From assembly GCA_013265495.1 (NCBI GenBank), contig MU057711.1, forward strand, positions 2,120,844-2,184,843: DNA of 64,000 bases, in the 5' to 3' direction. The DNA is from Vicugna vicugna. Lineage: Eukaryota. Under the pieces are notes generated by a model that was not told the origin of the DNA, did not search any database, and worked only from the letters and a program-made list of their open reading frames with translations. Within the stretch, counting starts at the first letter, position 1. Each line of letters starts with the position of its first letter. This document shows, piece by piece, positions 1 through 14,341 of the stretch. The position numbers and the translations under genes are program-made.

Positions 1-450
1 CATCTTATATTTTTATGGAAAGTAAATTCCCATAGGTTAAAAAAAAACTTCTCCTTTGAGAACATAGGGAGGGATGGCTCCAGGCCCACGCCCCTCCTGG
101 CTGTGTTGCAGCAGGCGAAGAGCCTCCCACCACACATCAGGGTGACCACCTAAGAGCAACTCAAAATTCAAACCTCAAGACTGATACGGAGGAACCGGAA
201 CTCTCATGTGCTGCTGGTGGGAATGTAAGACGGTATAATCTCTTCACAGAACAATTTGGTAGCTCCTTAAAAAGTAAAACATACATAACCTGACCAGTCC
301 ATTCCTAGACTTTTACCCAAAATAAAGGCACATGTCTACACAAAGACTTGTACATGAAAGTTCACAGCAGCTTTATTTGTAATAGCCAAAAACCGGAAAT
401 ATCCACCAAATGTCCATGTGAATGAAAAAACAAATTGTAGTGTATCCACA

Positions 451-830
451 CGCCTTGGCCTCGGGCTGCCATAACAAAATACCACAGGCTGGGTAAAATA
501 ACAGAAATTTATCTTATCAGAGTTCCAGAAGCTGGGAGTCCAGGATCAGGGTGAAGGCACGGTTGAGCTCTGGTGAGGGCTCTCTTCCTGGCTTCCAGAT
601 GGCCACCTTCTTGCTATGTCCTTACAGGGCCTTTCTTCAGTGTATCCACATGGAGAGAGAGATCTCTCGCTTCCTCTTCTTAGAAGGCTACCAGTCCTAC
701 TGGATTAGAACCCCACCCTTTTGACCTCATTTAACCTTAGCTCCTAAAAGCCCTATCTCCAAATATAGTTACATTGGGGGTGAAGGCTTCAATATGTGAA
801 TTATAGGGGAACACAATTCAGGCCATAGCA
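451..830 (-). mobile_element. MaLR LTR (MLT1A/MST-like)
   Basis: GGGCTGCCATAACAAAATACCACAGGCTGGG...TCTCCAAATATAGTTACATTGGGGG...CACAATTCAG; flanks ccaca/ccata resemble a 5-bp TSD. Confidence 0.8.
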
Positions 831-948
831 CCATAAAATGGAATACTACTCAGCAATAAAGAAAAGTACTAATTCACCCAACGCAGTTGAATCTCAAAGT
901 AATCATGCTGAACGAAATCAGAAACATCGCCTCCAAAAAAAGAATATA

Positions 949-1561
949 CAGTAGTGTCCCCCTATCCACAGGGGATACATTCCAAGATCCCCAGTGGATG
1001 CCTGAAACTTCAGATAGCACTAAACCCTACATACACCATGTTTTTCCATAAGTACATATCAATAATAAAGTTTAATTTATAAATTAGACACAGTAAGACA
1101 TTAACAGTAATAAAATAGAGTAATTAAAATACATGGTAATAAAAACTGTATGAACATGGTCACTTTCTTTTTTCAAAATATCTTATGTTGTATTCACCCT
1201 TCCTCTTGTGATGAAGTGACATGATAAAATGTCTACGTGATGAGGTGGGGTGACGTGAATGACGTAGCACTGTGATGTAACATTAGGCTACTCTCGGCCT
1301 TCTGATGATAATGTAAAAAGGAGGGTAATCTGCTTCCGGTGATCCTGGATCATGGAGGCATGAGATGTTGATGGCTGGGGATCCCAGGCAGGACAGAGTG
1401 AGATGGCAAGAGATTTCATCACACTACTCAGGATGGTGCATAATTTAAAGCTTATGAATTGTTTATTTCTGGAATATTCCAAAAATATGTCCATTTAATA
1501 TTTTTGGACCAGGGTTGACTGAAGCCATGGAAAACAAAGCCACAGAAAAGAGGGACTCCCG
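949..1561 (+). mobile_element. TcMar-Tigger non-autonomous element (MER44-like)
   Basis: Terminal inverted repeats CAGTAGTGTCCCCCTATCCAC / CCACAGAAAAGAGGGACTCCCG with TA on both flanks. Confidence 0.8.
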
Positions 1562-2419
1562 TATACTGTATGATTTCATTTAAATAATTTACATAAAATT
1601 ATATACAATATATAAATTTATATAAAATTCTAGAAAACACAAACTAATCTATAGCAATAAAACTAATAGATCAGTTGTTGCCTGGAGAAGGGGGAATATA
1701 GGGAGGAATGAGGAAGCTTTGGAAGGTAATACCTACATTCATGAATTTTACTGTTATGCTAGTCTGACATCCATATGTCAAAACTTAAATTGTACATTTT
1801 AAATATGTGTAATACATTGTTATACATAAGTATTATGTATCAGTAATTACACATTGATAAAGCAGGAGAAAGTCCAAGCCTTTTTACTGCTTCATTTTTT
1901 TCCTTCTTTAATATCAATAGGTTTCAATGTGTTTCAGGTTTCAGTGCTGGTCAGAAATCACATAGATTCTGGTGTCTTTACAGAGAGAACCTTACACACC
2001 TATGGAGAGAGAGTCTGTTGAAATACTTTCCTCACAATTTCAAATTAAATGTACATGTCACTCCCAAAGCCTCCAGGAATGCTAGTACGATTATTTTTAA
2101 CTTTTTACTGTTGTATCTCAATTACTCAACTTATTAGACAGCTGATCTATTAAGTTCTCAGGATAGGACCCACTGGGAATAAATTTTAAAATTAAAAAGA
2201 TTTTTAAGAATCTACTCTTAGAAGTTCCATCATAATTTCAAATTTCACTGAAAACAATTTGAATTTTTACATTCCTCTAGAGAAATTTCAATCAAGCCTC
2301 TAGAAATAGGAAAAGAGAAGTAACATGGCACTGTTATAAGGACACAAGCCAAAAAGTCATAGGTTCTTCCCATGACACTCTAAATGCAGGGGTCAATACA
2401 CAGCTAAACACAGTGTTAC

Positions 2420-3020
2420 AATTTGAAAATGTATGTATGTCCACACAAAAACATCCACACAAGTGTTTACAGCAGTGTTATTCATAATATATTCATAAAT
2501 ACAACCAAGATGCCCTTTAATAGGTAAATAAATTACAGTCCATCCATACAAATATTTTTAAGCAATAAAAAGAAATAAGCTATGAAGCCACAACAAGACT
2601 TAGATGAATCTTAAATGCACATTGTTGAATCAAAGAAGCCAGTCTAAACAGGCTACATACTGTATGACTCCAATTATAAGACATTCTGAAAAAGACAAAA
2701 CTATAGAGATGGGGAAAGGATCAGTGGTTGCCAGGGGTTTGACAGGAAGGAGAGGAGTTGACTAGGTGAAGCACAGGGGTTTTTTCCAGGCAGTGAAATT
2801 ATTCTGCAGGACACTGTAATGGTGGATATCTGACACTTAGGCTTTGTTAAAAGCCGCTGAATATAGCATAAAGAGTGAACCTTAACAAATGCAAATTTCA
2901 ACAAATTATTTAGGAAGTTGAGAAGATCCAGGATGGAATACAGAACGTGACAAAACAATTACAAATTGTACTATGAATGTATGAAACAACCTCACTGAAG
3001 GGCAGGAGGGGAAAAGGTAT
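2420..3020 (+). mobile_element. L1MC-like 3' end fragment
   Basis: AAAGAAGCCAGTCT...ACATACTGTATGACTCCA...GATCAGTGGTTGCCAGGGG motifs. Confidence 0.7.
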
Positions 3021-3609
3021 GTGCTCACCTCTACAGCTTTGTACAAAAACAGGCGGAACAGGATTTGGCCCTAAGGGGGTGGTTTTCAAACCCAGCTCTA
3101 AAGCCTAACGATGCTCTCAAGTGGGAACTTTCAAAGCCTATGAAAGGGCCTCGGTGATGTGGGATCCGTGCCACCAGGAAGAAGGCCAGACCCACGGCTT
3201 TGCCCGCATCTGGCCCAGAGTTGATGCCAAAGTCTTGACTAGGCCTTAAAAGGTTCCTGATGCCCAGCCCCCTCCCCTCCTCACATCTCCCTGTCAGACC
3301 TGATTCCTTCCCCAGGCTCCCCCCATGGCAACCAGCATGCCTCCCAGTTGCTCTCTCCTGCAGGCCTTACCCCTTGCTGTTCCCTCTGTCTGGGGCACAC
3401 ACATGCGCGCACACACACACACACCAATACCCACATGGCTCACTTCCCCCCAGGGCTCTGCCTGTCACCTTCTCTGCAGGAACGGTTCTCACCTTCCCCA
3501 CTACCTGTGCTCCCTGCCCCTCTGACCTGGCTTTACTTTTCTCCATGTCACTCATCGAACATCCGATGTAAAACACTCGCACGTACACAAACACACACAT
3601 TTCAAAAAT

Positions 3610-3955
3610 AAACTTTATTTTTTTAGAACAGTTTTAGATTTTCAGAAAAACTATAAAGATGGTACCTATAGAAGGTAGCTCCCATATAACCCATACCTAG
3701 CTTCTCCTATTATTAACATCGTACATTAGCGTGGTACATCTGTCACAACTAGTGAACCACTATTATTAAATAAATCCCATACCTTATTCCAAATTTCCTC
3801 AGTTTTCACCTATGTCTTTTTTCTGGTCCAGGATCCCATTCAGGATACCACATTTCATCTAGTCCACATGTCTCCTCGGGCTCCTCTCAGCTTCAGCAGT
3901 TTCTCAGACTCTCCTTGGTTTTGATGACCTTGACAGTGTTGAGGAGCGCTGGTCA
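3610..3955 (-). mobile_element. L1MC4/5-like (MER42-type) 3' UTR fragment
   Basis: AACTTTATTTTTTAGAACAGTTTTAGATTT...CAGGATCCCATTCAGGATACCACATT motifs. Confidence 0.65.
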
Positions 3956-5442
3956 TACACCATGTATTTTTAATTATTTGTGTATTATCTAATCCCGAGT
4001 AGGAAATAAGCTCCTAGAAGGCAGGGATTCTTGTCTGGCTGTTCACTGTTTCAACCCCAGCAATTGGTGCAGGGCTTGCCACGTCATAGGTGTTTGATGA
4101 ATAACCAGAGAAGGAATGAATTCGCTAAAGTAAATGATTTTTTTTAACTCAATGGATTTTTAGGTTTCATAGAGGCCAGCCATTCTCGTCTAGCACATGA
4201 CGGAAGACAATTACTAGAACCAGAAACAGAACTTTCTCAACTTTTTGTGACTGCCTTATCCAGAAAACCCACACATCACTGTACACCAGGGCCTCAGCCA
4301 CCATTGGTCCAACAATTCAAGTTGCCCCACAGGGAAACTTGGGAGCTGATACTCATTCTCAGCAACCTCAATAACTTCTTCTGTGTAACAGTGTTTATTT
4401 GGGTCAACAACTTGAATATTTTATTGCATTTGCCCTTATTATTTCATAAACATAAGTGAAAAAACAGAGAAAAGAAAATGCCAAATGCAAGTAATTGGGA
4501 GAAGTCATCCAGTAGATTATGAACAAGAGTGAGATCTTTTAGGTCAAATCAGATACTTCTTAGGCCTTGGCTGATAACCGAAAATCAAGTACTAGAAAAC
4601 CCCGTCAAAGGCTGTGTGTAAATGGACGTGAATACCCTGCCAAGTTAGACAGACGGTTCCACATTTGACCCACTCCTCTTTAGTGTCTTTTCAGGAAAAG
4701 ACATCAGAGATTCCCTCATCGTTATACCTGTTTGGCAACCTTTCAATATGTGCTTAAGATACCTGTATGAACTGAGAATCAAGTATCATTCATCAATAAA
4801 TAATTGTTGAGCACCTAAAATCTGCCAAGCATGAACTTCAAAATGTGTCCTTTCTCACTCACCCACAGCCCAGGATACAGTATGTTCTAAATAAATATTA
4901 CAGAATGTGTGAAAATTTCTTCAAATAAGAAAATGTCCATCAATACTAACTCCAAAGGTTTAGAGACAACTCAACATGTTATTCCAAAATTCTAGCCCTT
5001 AAAAAAGCATATTACCTTGGGAAAAAATCAAACATACAAAGCCAATTCATAACTTGACCTCAAGTATATCATATACTATATTCAAGAGGTAGCCCCAATG
5101 GGAATTAATGGCATTCCAAAAAATAATAATAATAATAACATAATGGTAAAAACTGCTATAAAGAGGTTTTTTTTGAAACTTTTAAGAAAAGAAAAATGAA
5201 GTGATTTAAACCTTTATCAGGAACAAACAACGGAAAGCACTCAGTGCTGTCAGATTCCTCCTTTGTGGCAGAAAGAACGTGACCTTAAACTTCGAGAGCT
5301 ATCTACTGCACTATGCCCTGTGCCCTCACAGTCAAACACAATATGATGACAGGATATGTGACCCGAGTCTTCTGTAAGAACCTTCACTTCCTCCAAGGTA
5401 AAACAATTCCCAATTGTCACTTTAAACATTCCATTTACTCTC

Positions 5443-5907
5443 TGTTGTGGGTACAACTGTGTCCTCAAAAAAACCCACAAAGGAAAAAAACATGTTCCAG
5501 TTCTAACCCCTGGTACCTGTGAATATGACCTTATTTGAACATAGGGTCTTTGGAGATGTGATCAAAGTTAAGATGAGGTCAGACGAGATCAGGGTAGGTC
5601 CTAATCCAATGACTAGTGTCACTGGGAAATTTGGACACGGAGGGAAATTTTCACACAGAGACAGAGAGAGAGAATGCCATGTGACGATGGAGGCAGAGAT
5701 TGGAGTGGTGCAGCTGAAAGCCAAGGAACGCCCAGGACTGCAGGCAACCACCAGGAGCAGGAAGAGAAGCACGGAGCAGATTCCACTCAGAGCCTCCCGC
5801 AAGGAACCAATGCTGCTGACACCCTGATTTCAGGCTTCTGGCCTCCAGAACTGTGAAAGTATAGATTTCTGTGGTACTTGGTTATGGCAGCCCCAGGAAA
5901 CTAATAT
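5443..5907 (+). mobile_element. MaLR LTR (MLT1C/D-like)
   Basis: TGTGAATATGACCTTATTTG...ATGGAGGCAGAGATTGGAGTG...TTCTGGCCTCCAGAACTGTGA...GTTATGGCAGCCCCAGGAAACTAATA; accounts for ORFs at 5503-5856. Confidence 0.85.
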
Positions 5908-8015
5908 ATTGCAATTCTTTCAGGGTCCTGTGGGGATTTGTAAAAAGAAACTGAGATCATATTGGAGGAAATACTGGATGTGAAGAGTACCATATACTTC
6001 AAACCAGTTAATATTAAGTTAACAGGTGCTTGGTCATGCTTGGTTTATGGAAACTATTTTTCTGAATCAATGTATCTAGAAATGTTATATATACACATAA
6101 ATATATGTATATATACACAAATCACTACCATATTCAGATTACACTAATGAAGAAAATCTCATTTCAAGACACTGAAAAGTATTTGAGGAACACACATTAG
6201 GGAATTTATCCTGATGAACAACTTCTGATTCTGTAATTTTTGATGGCCAAAGACTTCCCCAGGAAAACTCTGATCACAGTAGTTTTCAGATGGTTGGTGT
6301 TCAACACCAGGTTAACTGAGCAGGCACCATGAGAGGCCTTTACTTTAGTAAATAAAGATCTGCACAGGTCTTCAGCTTTGCAAGTTCAGTAGCCTCATAT
6401 TTTCCCAAATCAGGCAGGTGTGATCAGGTCCAGAAAACCAATTCACACCAACCCAACCCACAGAGCCTGATTTCCAAGATGAAGGACCAAACCATGAATT
6501 TTCTACCTAACTTTGAGTGACCAGACACCCCTGTGTCTGCTGCCTAGAGCTTCCTCTCTCCTGGTAACAAGTAACCAAGAACTGACTGCCTGGCTAACAT
6601 GCAATGAAGAGTTAAACGGTCCAAGCTGGAACCTGGAACATTCTCCTTCCTCAGCCAACATTACACTTGAATGGAACTGGACAATCTTTTCACATCCACT
6701 ATTCCAACCATCCTCACTACCACCCTACAGGGTGGACACTGCCATCTGCATTTTACAGGTGAGTAAATTAACACTTAGGGAGAGAAGAGGGTGGTTCTTC
6801 CATTAATTCAACAAATACTAATGAAGCCCAAGGTAACAAGGTAAATAGCAGGCAGCACCTAACTCCATGTCCTGACCTCAGTTAAATGCTCTCTTCACTA
6901 TGCCCCACTGTCACTTCTGGAATGTGCCTTCCCAGCAATCTAGAACATTCCAGTCAGCCAGATCACATCTTCCTTCCTCAGCAAACGCTATATAAATATG
7001 GAAAAATTGCTACTCCTAATGCTTCTATTTTTCGGTATATTTTGTATAAACCCAAATACACTGCTATATTACCAATAATCCAAACATTACAAGTAATAAG
7101 ATCACAGCTGACCTTACACTTTGAAGAGACCTGGAAGATGCTGTACTTGGACGATGTGTTTCAACAGCAACCCATTTACAAATCTTGTACACTATATTTT
7201 AAGCATTTTATGTTGATCTAGCTTCAACCGCAGAGCTCCTCAGACTCCAGCAATACAGCCTACTAGGACTCTGCTGCCCCCTTACTCTGTAGTAAAGTAA
7301 ATGTCCGACTTTATTCCATCCTGAGTTTTGCTGCCCTTTCTCCTATGTGGGCATCATACTGGTCAACAGAGGTATATTAAAACCTTCCATTATTGGGGAT
7401 TATGAATTGATATGAAGCCTATGCCACACACAAAAAAAAAAACCCCACAACATAGCCTATCCCCTTATTACTGCCTAGGTATCAGCACATGATCACAGGG
7501 AAATCTGACTAACAATATCGTCAGCAAGATGAAAAACACTGCCAACAACTCCACAGAGATGTTGGGGCTTAATGGTCACCAATCAATCCCATACCAAGGA
7601 ACACTTTATACCTTTAACCTCCCCAGGGGCTAGGAAATTAATGTATTCTATTGAAATGACCAAAGAAAAGATATGATAAAAGGAAAGAATAAAATACCAG
7701 ATATTAAAGCAAATACCCTTTAGATACACAGAAGTGTTCTCTGCCAAACCTGTTCTCTAAGATAATTTATAAATTCAAGCATGTCAAACTAATAGACTAA
7801 GGAAATTTTTACTTATGTGTTTTTACTCTGTCTTGTTCCAAAGGGTTAAGGTTTCACCTAAGAAAGGTAATTCACATATGGTAATATCTCATTATCCAAT
7901 ATTATTGAGGTACAAGATAGTTTATACACAGACACGTGTAGTGTCAAAGCTTTCTATTTTAAGCTTTCTCTAGTGGGCCTTTCTAAAGCATGTTAGACCC
8001 ATCCCATCCCTCTTT

Positions 8016-9419
8016 TTTTTTTTTTAACATTTTTTTTATTGAGTTATAGTCATTTTACAATGTGTCAATTTCCAGTGTAGAGCACAATTTTTCAGTTATA
8101 CATGAACATACATATATTCATTGTCACATTCTTTTTCACTGTGAGCTACCACAAGATCTTGTATATATTTCCCTGTGCTATACAGTATAATGTTGTTTAT
8201 CTATCCTACATAAGACTGTCAGTATTTACAGATTTCGAACTCCCAGTCTGTCCCTTCACATCCCCCTCCCTTGGCACCACAAGTTTGTATTCTATGTCTA
8301 TAAGTCTGTTTCTGTTTTGTATTTATGTTTTTTTTTTTTTAGATTCCACATATTAACGATCTCATATGGTATTTTTCTTTCTTTCTGGCTTACTTCACTT
8401 AGAATGACCTTCTCCAGGGACATCCATGTTGCTGTAAATGGCATTATGTTGTCGTTTTTATGGCTGAATAATATTCCACTGTATAAATATACCACCTCAT
8501 CTTTATCCAGTCATCCGTCGATAGACATTTAGGCCATTTCCGTGTCTTGGCTATTGTAAATAGTGCTGCTATGAACACTGGGGTGCAAATGTCATTTTGA
8601 AGTAGGGTTCATTCTGGATATATGCCCAGGAGCGGGATTCCTGGGTCATATGGTAAGTCTATTCCCAGTCTTTTGAGGAATCTCCATACTGTTTTCCACA
8701 GTGGCTGCACCAAACTGCATTCCCACCAGCAGTGTAGGAGGGTTCCCTTTTCTCCACAGTCTCTCCAGCATTTGTCATTTGTAGACTTTTGAATGATGGC
8801 CATTCTGACTGGTGTGAGGTGATGCCTTATTGTAGTTTAGATTTGTGTTTCTTTGATAATCAATGATATTGAGCATTTTTTCATGTGCCTATTGATCATT
8901 TGTATTTCTTCCTTGGAGAATTGCTTGTTTAAGGCTTCTGCCCATTTTTGGATTGGGTTGTTAGTTTTTTTCTTATTAAGTCATATGAGCTGCTTATATA
9001 TTCTGGAGATCAAGCCTTTGTCGGTTTCATCTTTTGCAAAAATTTTCTTCCATTCCGTAGGTTGTTGTTTCATTTTGCTTATGGTTTCCTTTGCTGTGCA
9101 GAAGCTTGTAAATTTAATTAGGTCCCATTTGTTTATTCTGGTTTTTATTTCTATTGCTTGGGTAGACTGCCCTAGGAGAACATTTTTGAGATGTATGTGA
9201 GACAATGTTTTGCCTATATTTTCTTCTAGAAGGTTTACTGTATCTTGTCTTATATTTAAGTCTTTGATCCATTTTGAGTTTATTTTTGTGTGTGGTGTAA
9301 GGGAGTGTTCTAGCTTCATTGTTTTACATGCTGCTGTCCAGGTTTCCCAACACCATTTGCTGAAGAGACTGTCTTTATTCTATTGTATATTTTTGCCTCC
9401 TTTGTTGAAGATTAGTTGA
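8016..9419 (-). mobile_element. Young 5'-truncated L1 (ORF2 C-terminus, 3'UTR, poly-A) with ~17-bp TSD
   Basis: ORFs 8981..9319, 8609..8803 and 8298..8495 are L1 ORF2-like; identical CCATCCCATCCCTCTTT at 7999-8015 and 9420-9436; poly-T at the left end. Confidence 0.93.
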
Positions 9420-12400
9420 CCATCCCATCCCTCTTTAACAGCTGAAAAAGCTTTTGATTATTTACCTGTTTTTTTAATGTTAAGACTAACAATTTTTCTT
9501 TTTCATACCTGAAATTTGGGAATCTTCCTTACAATTAATGTGTACTTTAATGTTATATATTTTCCTCTTAAAAGTTAGTATTAAGATGAATGGTTTTTCT
9601 TTCCAACTGGAATTGTATCTCAAAATAACCAGTTTATAAGCGGTATTATATAAGTAGTACAGTTAATAAATAATGAGAATACTTGATTAATTGATTATCA
9701 ACATCTTGCAACATGTAGTGATTTAATGGATGATCAATGGTTGCTAACAATATAAACAGAAAGACCACTAGGCATTAGGCATTTCTCCATGGAAGTGAAC
9801 ATATCTGTGGAATTACCTTGCCAGAGAAAGAGCCTGAATCACATCTCACCTCTAGATCTGCATACAACATACAGGAAATACAAGGGGCAGAAAGACAGGC
9901 TAAGTGACCCCACAGGATACAGCTGGCACAATCTAGACCGTGGGAAACTTTCGAGGACAGAGGACCTGCTTCAATGATAACAAAAAATTTAAAAAACAGA
10001 AAACAAAAGAAAGACAAGGGAAACTATAGATTTAAGAAGGTTTAAGAGAAATCAACCACTGCAGAAGATTTCACCCAGCAATAGCAGAATACACATTTTT
10101 CAAGTGTACATTCAACAGTCTCAAGGACAGACCATATTAGGCCACAAAACAAGTCTTAATAAATTTAAAGACACTGAAATCATACCAAATATATTTTCTG
10201 ATAACAATGGAATAAACCTAGACATCAATAACAGAAGGAAAACTGGAAAATCCACAAATATGTGGTAATACACACACTTTTAAACAACCAATAGGTCAAA
10301 GAAGAAATCACAAGCTAAAGTAGAAAATATTTTGAGAGAAATAAAAGTGAAACTACAGCATACCAAAACTTATAAGAGCAGTGTTAAGAGAAAAATCTGT
10401 ATGATACAACACTGTAAACTGACTATAACTCAATAAACAAAAAAGAGAAAACTTTGTAGCTGTAATCATTTACATTAAAAAAGATCTCAAATCAACAATC
10501 TAACTTTACAACTTGAGGAACAGAAAAAGAACAAATAATCCTAAGCTAGCAGAAAGAAAGAAATAATAAAGAGTAGATCAGAGATAAATAAAATAAAGAC
10601 TAGAAAAGTCAATGAAACCAAGAGTTGGTTCTTCAAAAAGATCAACTGACAAACTCTTAGCTGGATTTAAAACAAAAAAAGGAGAGAATACACAAAAAAC
10701 TAAAATCAGATATGAAAGTGAAGATATTACTACCAGTTTTACAGAAATAAAAAGGATTATGAGTACTGTGAGTAATTATACATCACAAACTCAATAAACT
10801 AGATGAAACAGACAAAATCCTAGAAACACACAACCTACCAAGACTGAATCATGAACAAATGAAAAATCTGAATAGACCTGCAACTAGTAAGGAGATTGAG
10901 TCAGTAATTTAAAGCCTCCACAAAGAACAGACCATGATCAGATGGCTTCACTTGTGAATTTCACCAAACATTTAAAGAAGAATCAACACTAATCTCCTCA
11001 AACTCTTGCAAAAAACTGAAAAGAAGAGAACATTTTCGCAATGGTTTTGAGACCAGCATTAATCTGATACCAAAGCCATACAAGGACACTACAAAAAACT
11101 ATAGACCAATGTTCTTTATGAATATTGATGCAAAAATCCTCAACAAAATACTAGCAAACAGCATTAAGCAATACATTAAAAGAATTATACATCACAACCA
11201 AATGAGACTTAATCCTTCAAAGCAAGGATGGTTTAACATACAAAAATCAATGTCATACACTACGCTAAGAGATAAAGGAAAAATCCACATGATTATCTCA
11301 ACCAATGTGGAAAGCATTTAACAAAATTCAACACACTTTCATAAGTTAAAAGAAATCCACAAACTAGAAATAGAAAGAAAATATCTCAACATAATAAACG
11401 CTATAAATGTAAATCCCACATCTAACATCTTGTTCAATGGTAAGACTGAAAACTTTTCATCTAAGATCAAAAGCAAGACAAAGATGCCCACTTTCACCAC
11501 TTCTAATCAACATAGTACTGGAAGTCTTAGCCACAGCAACTAGACAAGAAAAAGAAATAAAAGGCATCCAAACGGGAAAAGAAGTAAAATTATGTTTGTT
11601 GATGACATGATCTTATATGTAGAAAATCTCATAAAGATGAATCAAAAACACCTGTTAGAATAAACAAATTCAGCTAAGTTGCAGGATACAAAATCAATTT
11701 GCAAAAAGAAGCTGCACTTCTATACACTAACAATGAACAATATGAAAGGAAATTAAGAAAACAGTCCCAGTTACGATAACATCAAAAAGAATAAAACACT
11801 TGGGAATAAATTTAAAGAGGTAAAAGACTTGTACACTGAAAATTATAAAATGTTGAAAGAAATTAAAGATGATACTAACAAATAGAAAGATATCCCATAT
11901 TCATGAGTTGGAAGACTTAATATTATTAATGTGTCAAAACAACGCAAAGCAATCTACAGACTCAATGCAATTCTCCTCAAAATTTCAGTGAGATTTTTGC
12001 AGAAACTGACAACTTCATCATAAAATTCATATAGAATTTCAAGGGATATCAAATAGCCAAAATAGTCTTGAAAAAGAAGAAAGAAATTGGAGGCTTCCTA
12101 CTTCCTGATTTCAAAACGTACTGCAAAGCCATGGTATTCAACAGTGTGGCACTTGCATAAAAACAGACATATAAACCAACAGAACAGAATAGAAAGCCCA
12201 GAAATATATCCTCACATATAGAGTGAAATGAATCTTGACAAAGTGTTAACACTATTCAATGGGCAAAGAACAATCTTTTCAACAAACTGTCCTGGGAAAA
12301 CTGGATATCCACTTGCAAATAATATGAAGTTGGACCTTTTATCTTACACCATATGCAAAAGTTAACTCAAAGTGAATCAAAGATCTAAATAAAAGACCTG

Positions 12401-13147
12401 AAACTATTAAACTCTTAAAAGAAAACATGGGGGAAAGACTTATGACACTGGATTTGGCAATAATTTCTTGGATATGACACCAAAAGCATGGACAACAAAA
12501 GGAAAGAAAAAGATAAATTGGACTACATCAAAATTAAAACCTTTTTCATTATCAACAGAGTGAAAAGGCAACCCATGAAATGGGAGAAAATATTTGCAAA
12601 TCATGTATCTGATAAGGGACTTATATGCAAAATATATTTTAAAAAATTCCTACAACTCAACAACAAAAAACAAACACCCTGATTCAAAAATGAGCAAAGG
12701 ATCTGAATAGACAGTTCTCCAACAAGATCTATAAATGGCCAATAAGCACCTGAAAAGATGCTCAACATCAATGATCATCAGAGAAATGCAAATCAAAACC
12801 ACAGTAAGATATCACTTTACACCCATTAGGCTAGCTACTATCAAAAAAGAAAAAATAACAAGCGTTGGTGGGGATGTGGAGAAGTTGGAACACTTGCATG
12901 CTGTTGATAGGATTAAAAAATGGTGTAGCAGCTATGGAGAACAGTTTGGCAGCTCCTCAAAAAATTAAATAGAACACAACCATATGGTCCAGCAACCCCA
13001 CTTTTGTGTATATATCCAGAAGGATTGAAATATCTAAAACATATCTGCACACCCATGTTCATAGCAGCATTATTCAAATTAGATAGGTGAAAGCAACCCA
13101 AATATCCATCAATAGAAAAACAGATAAACAAAATGTGGTATACATAC

Positions 13148-13594
13148 TGTATTTGTCAGAGTTCTCCAGAGAAACAGAACCAACAGGATCCAAATACAGA
13201 GATTTAGTATAAGGAATTGGTTCATGCAACCATGGAGGCTGGCAAGTCCAAAATCTGCAGGGTGGACTGGAAGGCTGGAGACCCAGGAGAGTCCATGTTC
13301 CCCTTTGAGTCTGAAGGCAGTCTGCCGAGCAACCAGGAAGAGCCAATGTTGCAGCTGAAGTCCAAAGGTAGTCTGCTGAAGAATTCTCATTTGCAAGGTG
13401 TGGTCAATCTTTTTGTTCTATCCAGACCTTTAACTGATTGGACGAGGCCCACCCACATTATGGAGGGCAATCTGCTTTACTCGAAGCCCACCAATCTTAT
13501 CCAAAAACACTCTCAGAAACACCTGGAAAAATTTTAGACTAAACATCTGGACAACTCATGGGCCAGTCAGGCTGACACAGAATTAACCATGACA
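13148..13594 (-). mobile_element. ERVL solo LTR (MLT2-like) with 5-bp TSD CATAC
   Basis: TG...CA termini; GTTCTCCAGAGAAACAGAACCAACAGGA motif; CATAC at 13143-13147 and 13595-13599. Confidence 0.88.
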
Positions 13595-13742
13595 CATACA
13601 ATGGAATACCACACAGACTTAAAAGGAAGGAAATCCTGTCACATGCTATAACACAGATGAACCTTGAGACATTATGCTAAGTGAAATAAACCAGTACAAA
13701 AGGACAAATATTGTACAAATCCACATATATAAGGTTACTAAA

Positions 13743-14341
13743 TGTAGTGTAAGTACCTTACATTAAGCTCTTGATTGCCAGGGAATCCATTTCAAAAGCC
13801 ACCCGTCTTGAATATTGCCAGGTACATGATACTGCTACTAGCAAAACAACCAGATAAGGAACAAGTCACTCACATCCAGGAACTTCCCCTTTCAGAAAAT
13901 CCTGGGTGACCCAGATAACTGACCACTTGATTGACCCTGCCTCCACTCTCCCACACCCTAACTTCTGCTTATATTCAAATGAGCCATTAATGAGTGACCC
14001 CATGAAACCCCAGGCACCCCACCTTCACATCCTACTAAAGGCAGAGCCTCAGGTTTCTGTCACTCTGTCTCTACCTGAGCCCTTGCTGTGTGGCCCTTGG
14101 CATGCTGTGTACCCTCTAGGACCTGTGAGTAATAAATCTTGTTCCTCTAAATTCCCTGATGGTTTTTTGCTGAGTTTCATCCTGTGATCACAGTAAGAAC
14201 CACAAAGGTCTGCCCAGTCACAACATTGACCCCCGTGGGGGGAAGGTCAGTGGGGCTCGCTAAGAGTAACAGGGCCCAGGCAAGTGTCTTGGGCATTCCT
14301 ACTCAGGAGCGTTAACATAAATAGGCTGGAAACACACAACA
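13743..14341 (+). mobile_element. ERV solo LTR-like insertion in the L1 3' end
   Basis: Non-L1 block with TG start and CA end, internal AATAAA (14131); L1 sequence resumes on both sides. Confidence 0.6.

Larger units (their letters stand above)
170..1860 (+). mobile_element. Old L1 (L1M-type) 3' end interrupted by a MaLR LTR and MER44
   Basis: L1 3' motifs (GCTGGTGGGAATGTAA; CAGCAGCTTTATTTGTAATAGCCAAAA; ATGGAATACTACTCAGCAATAAA). Confidence 0.75.

Noticed and set aside
4500..5400. Non-repetitive stretch with short open frames and splice-like sites
   Set aside because: Manual translations gave no recognisable protein; an exon call cannot be supported without expression or conservation data
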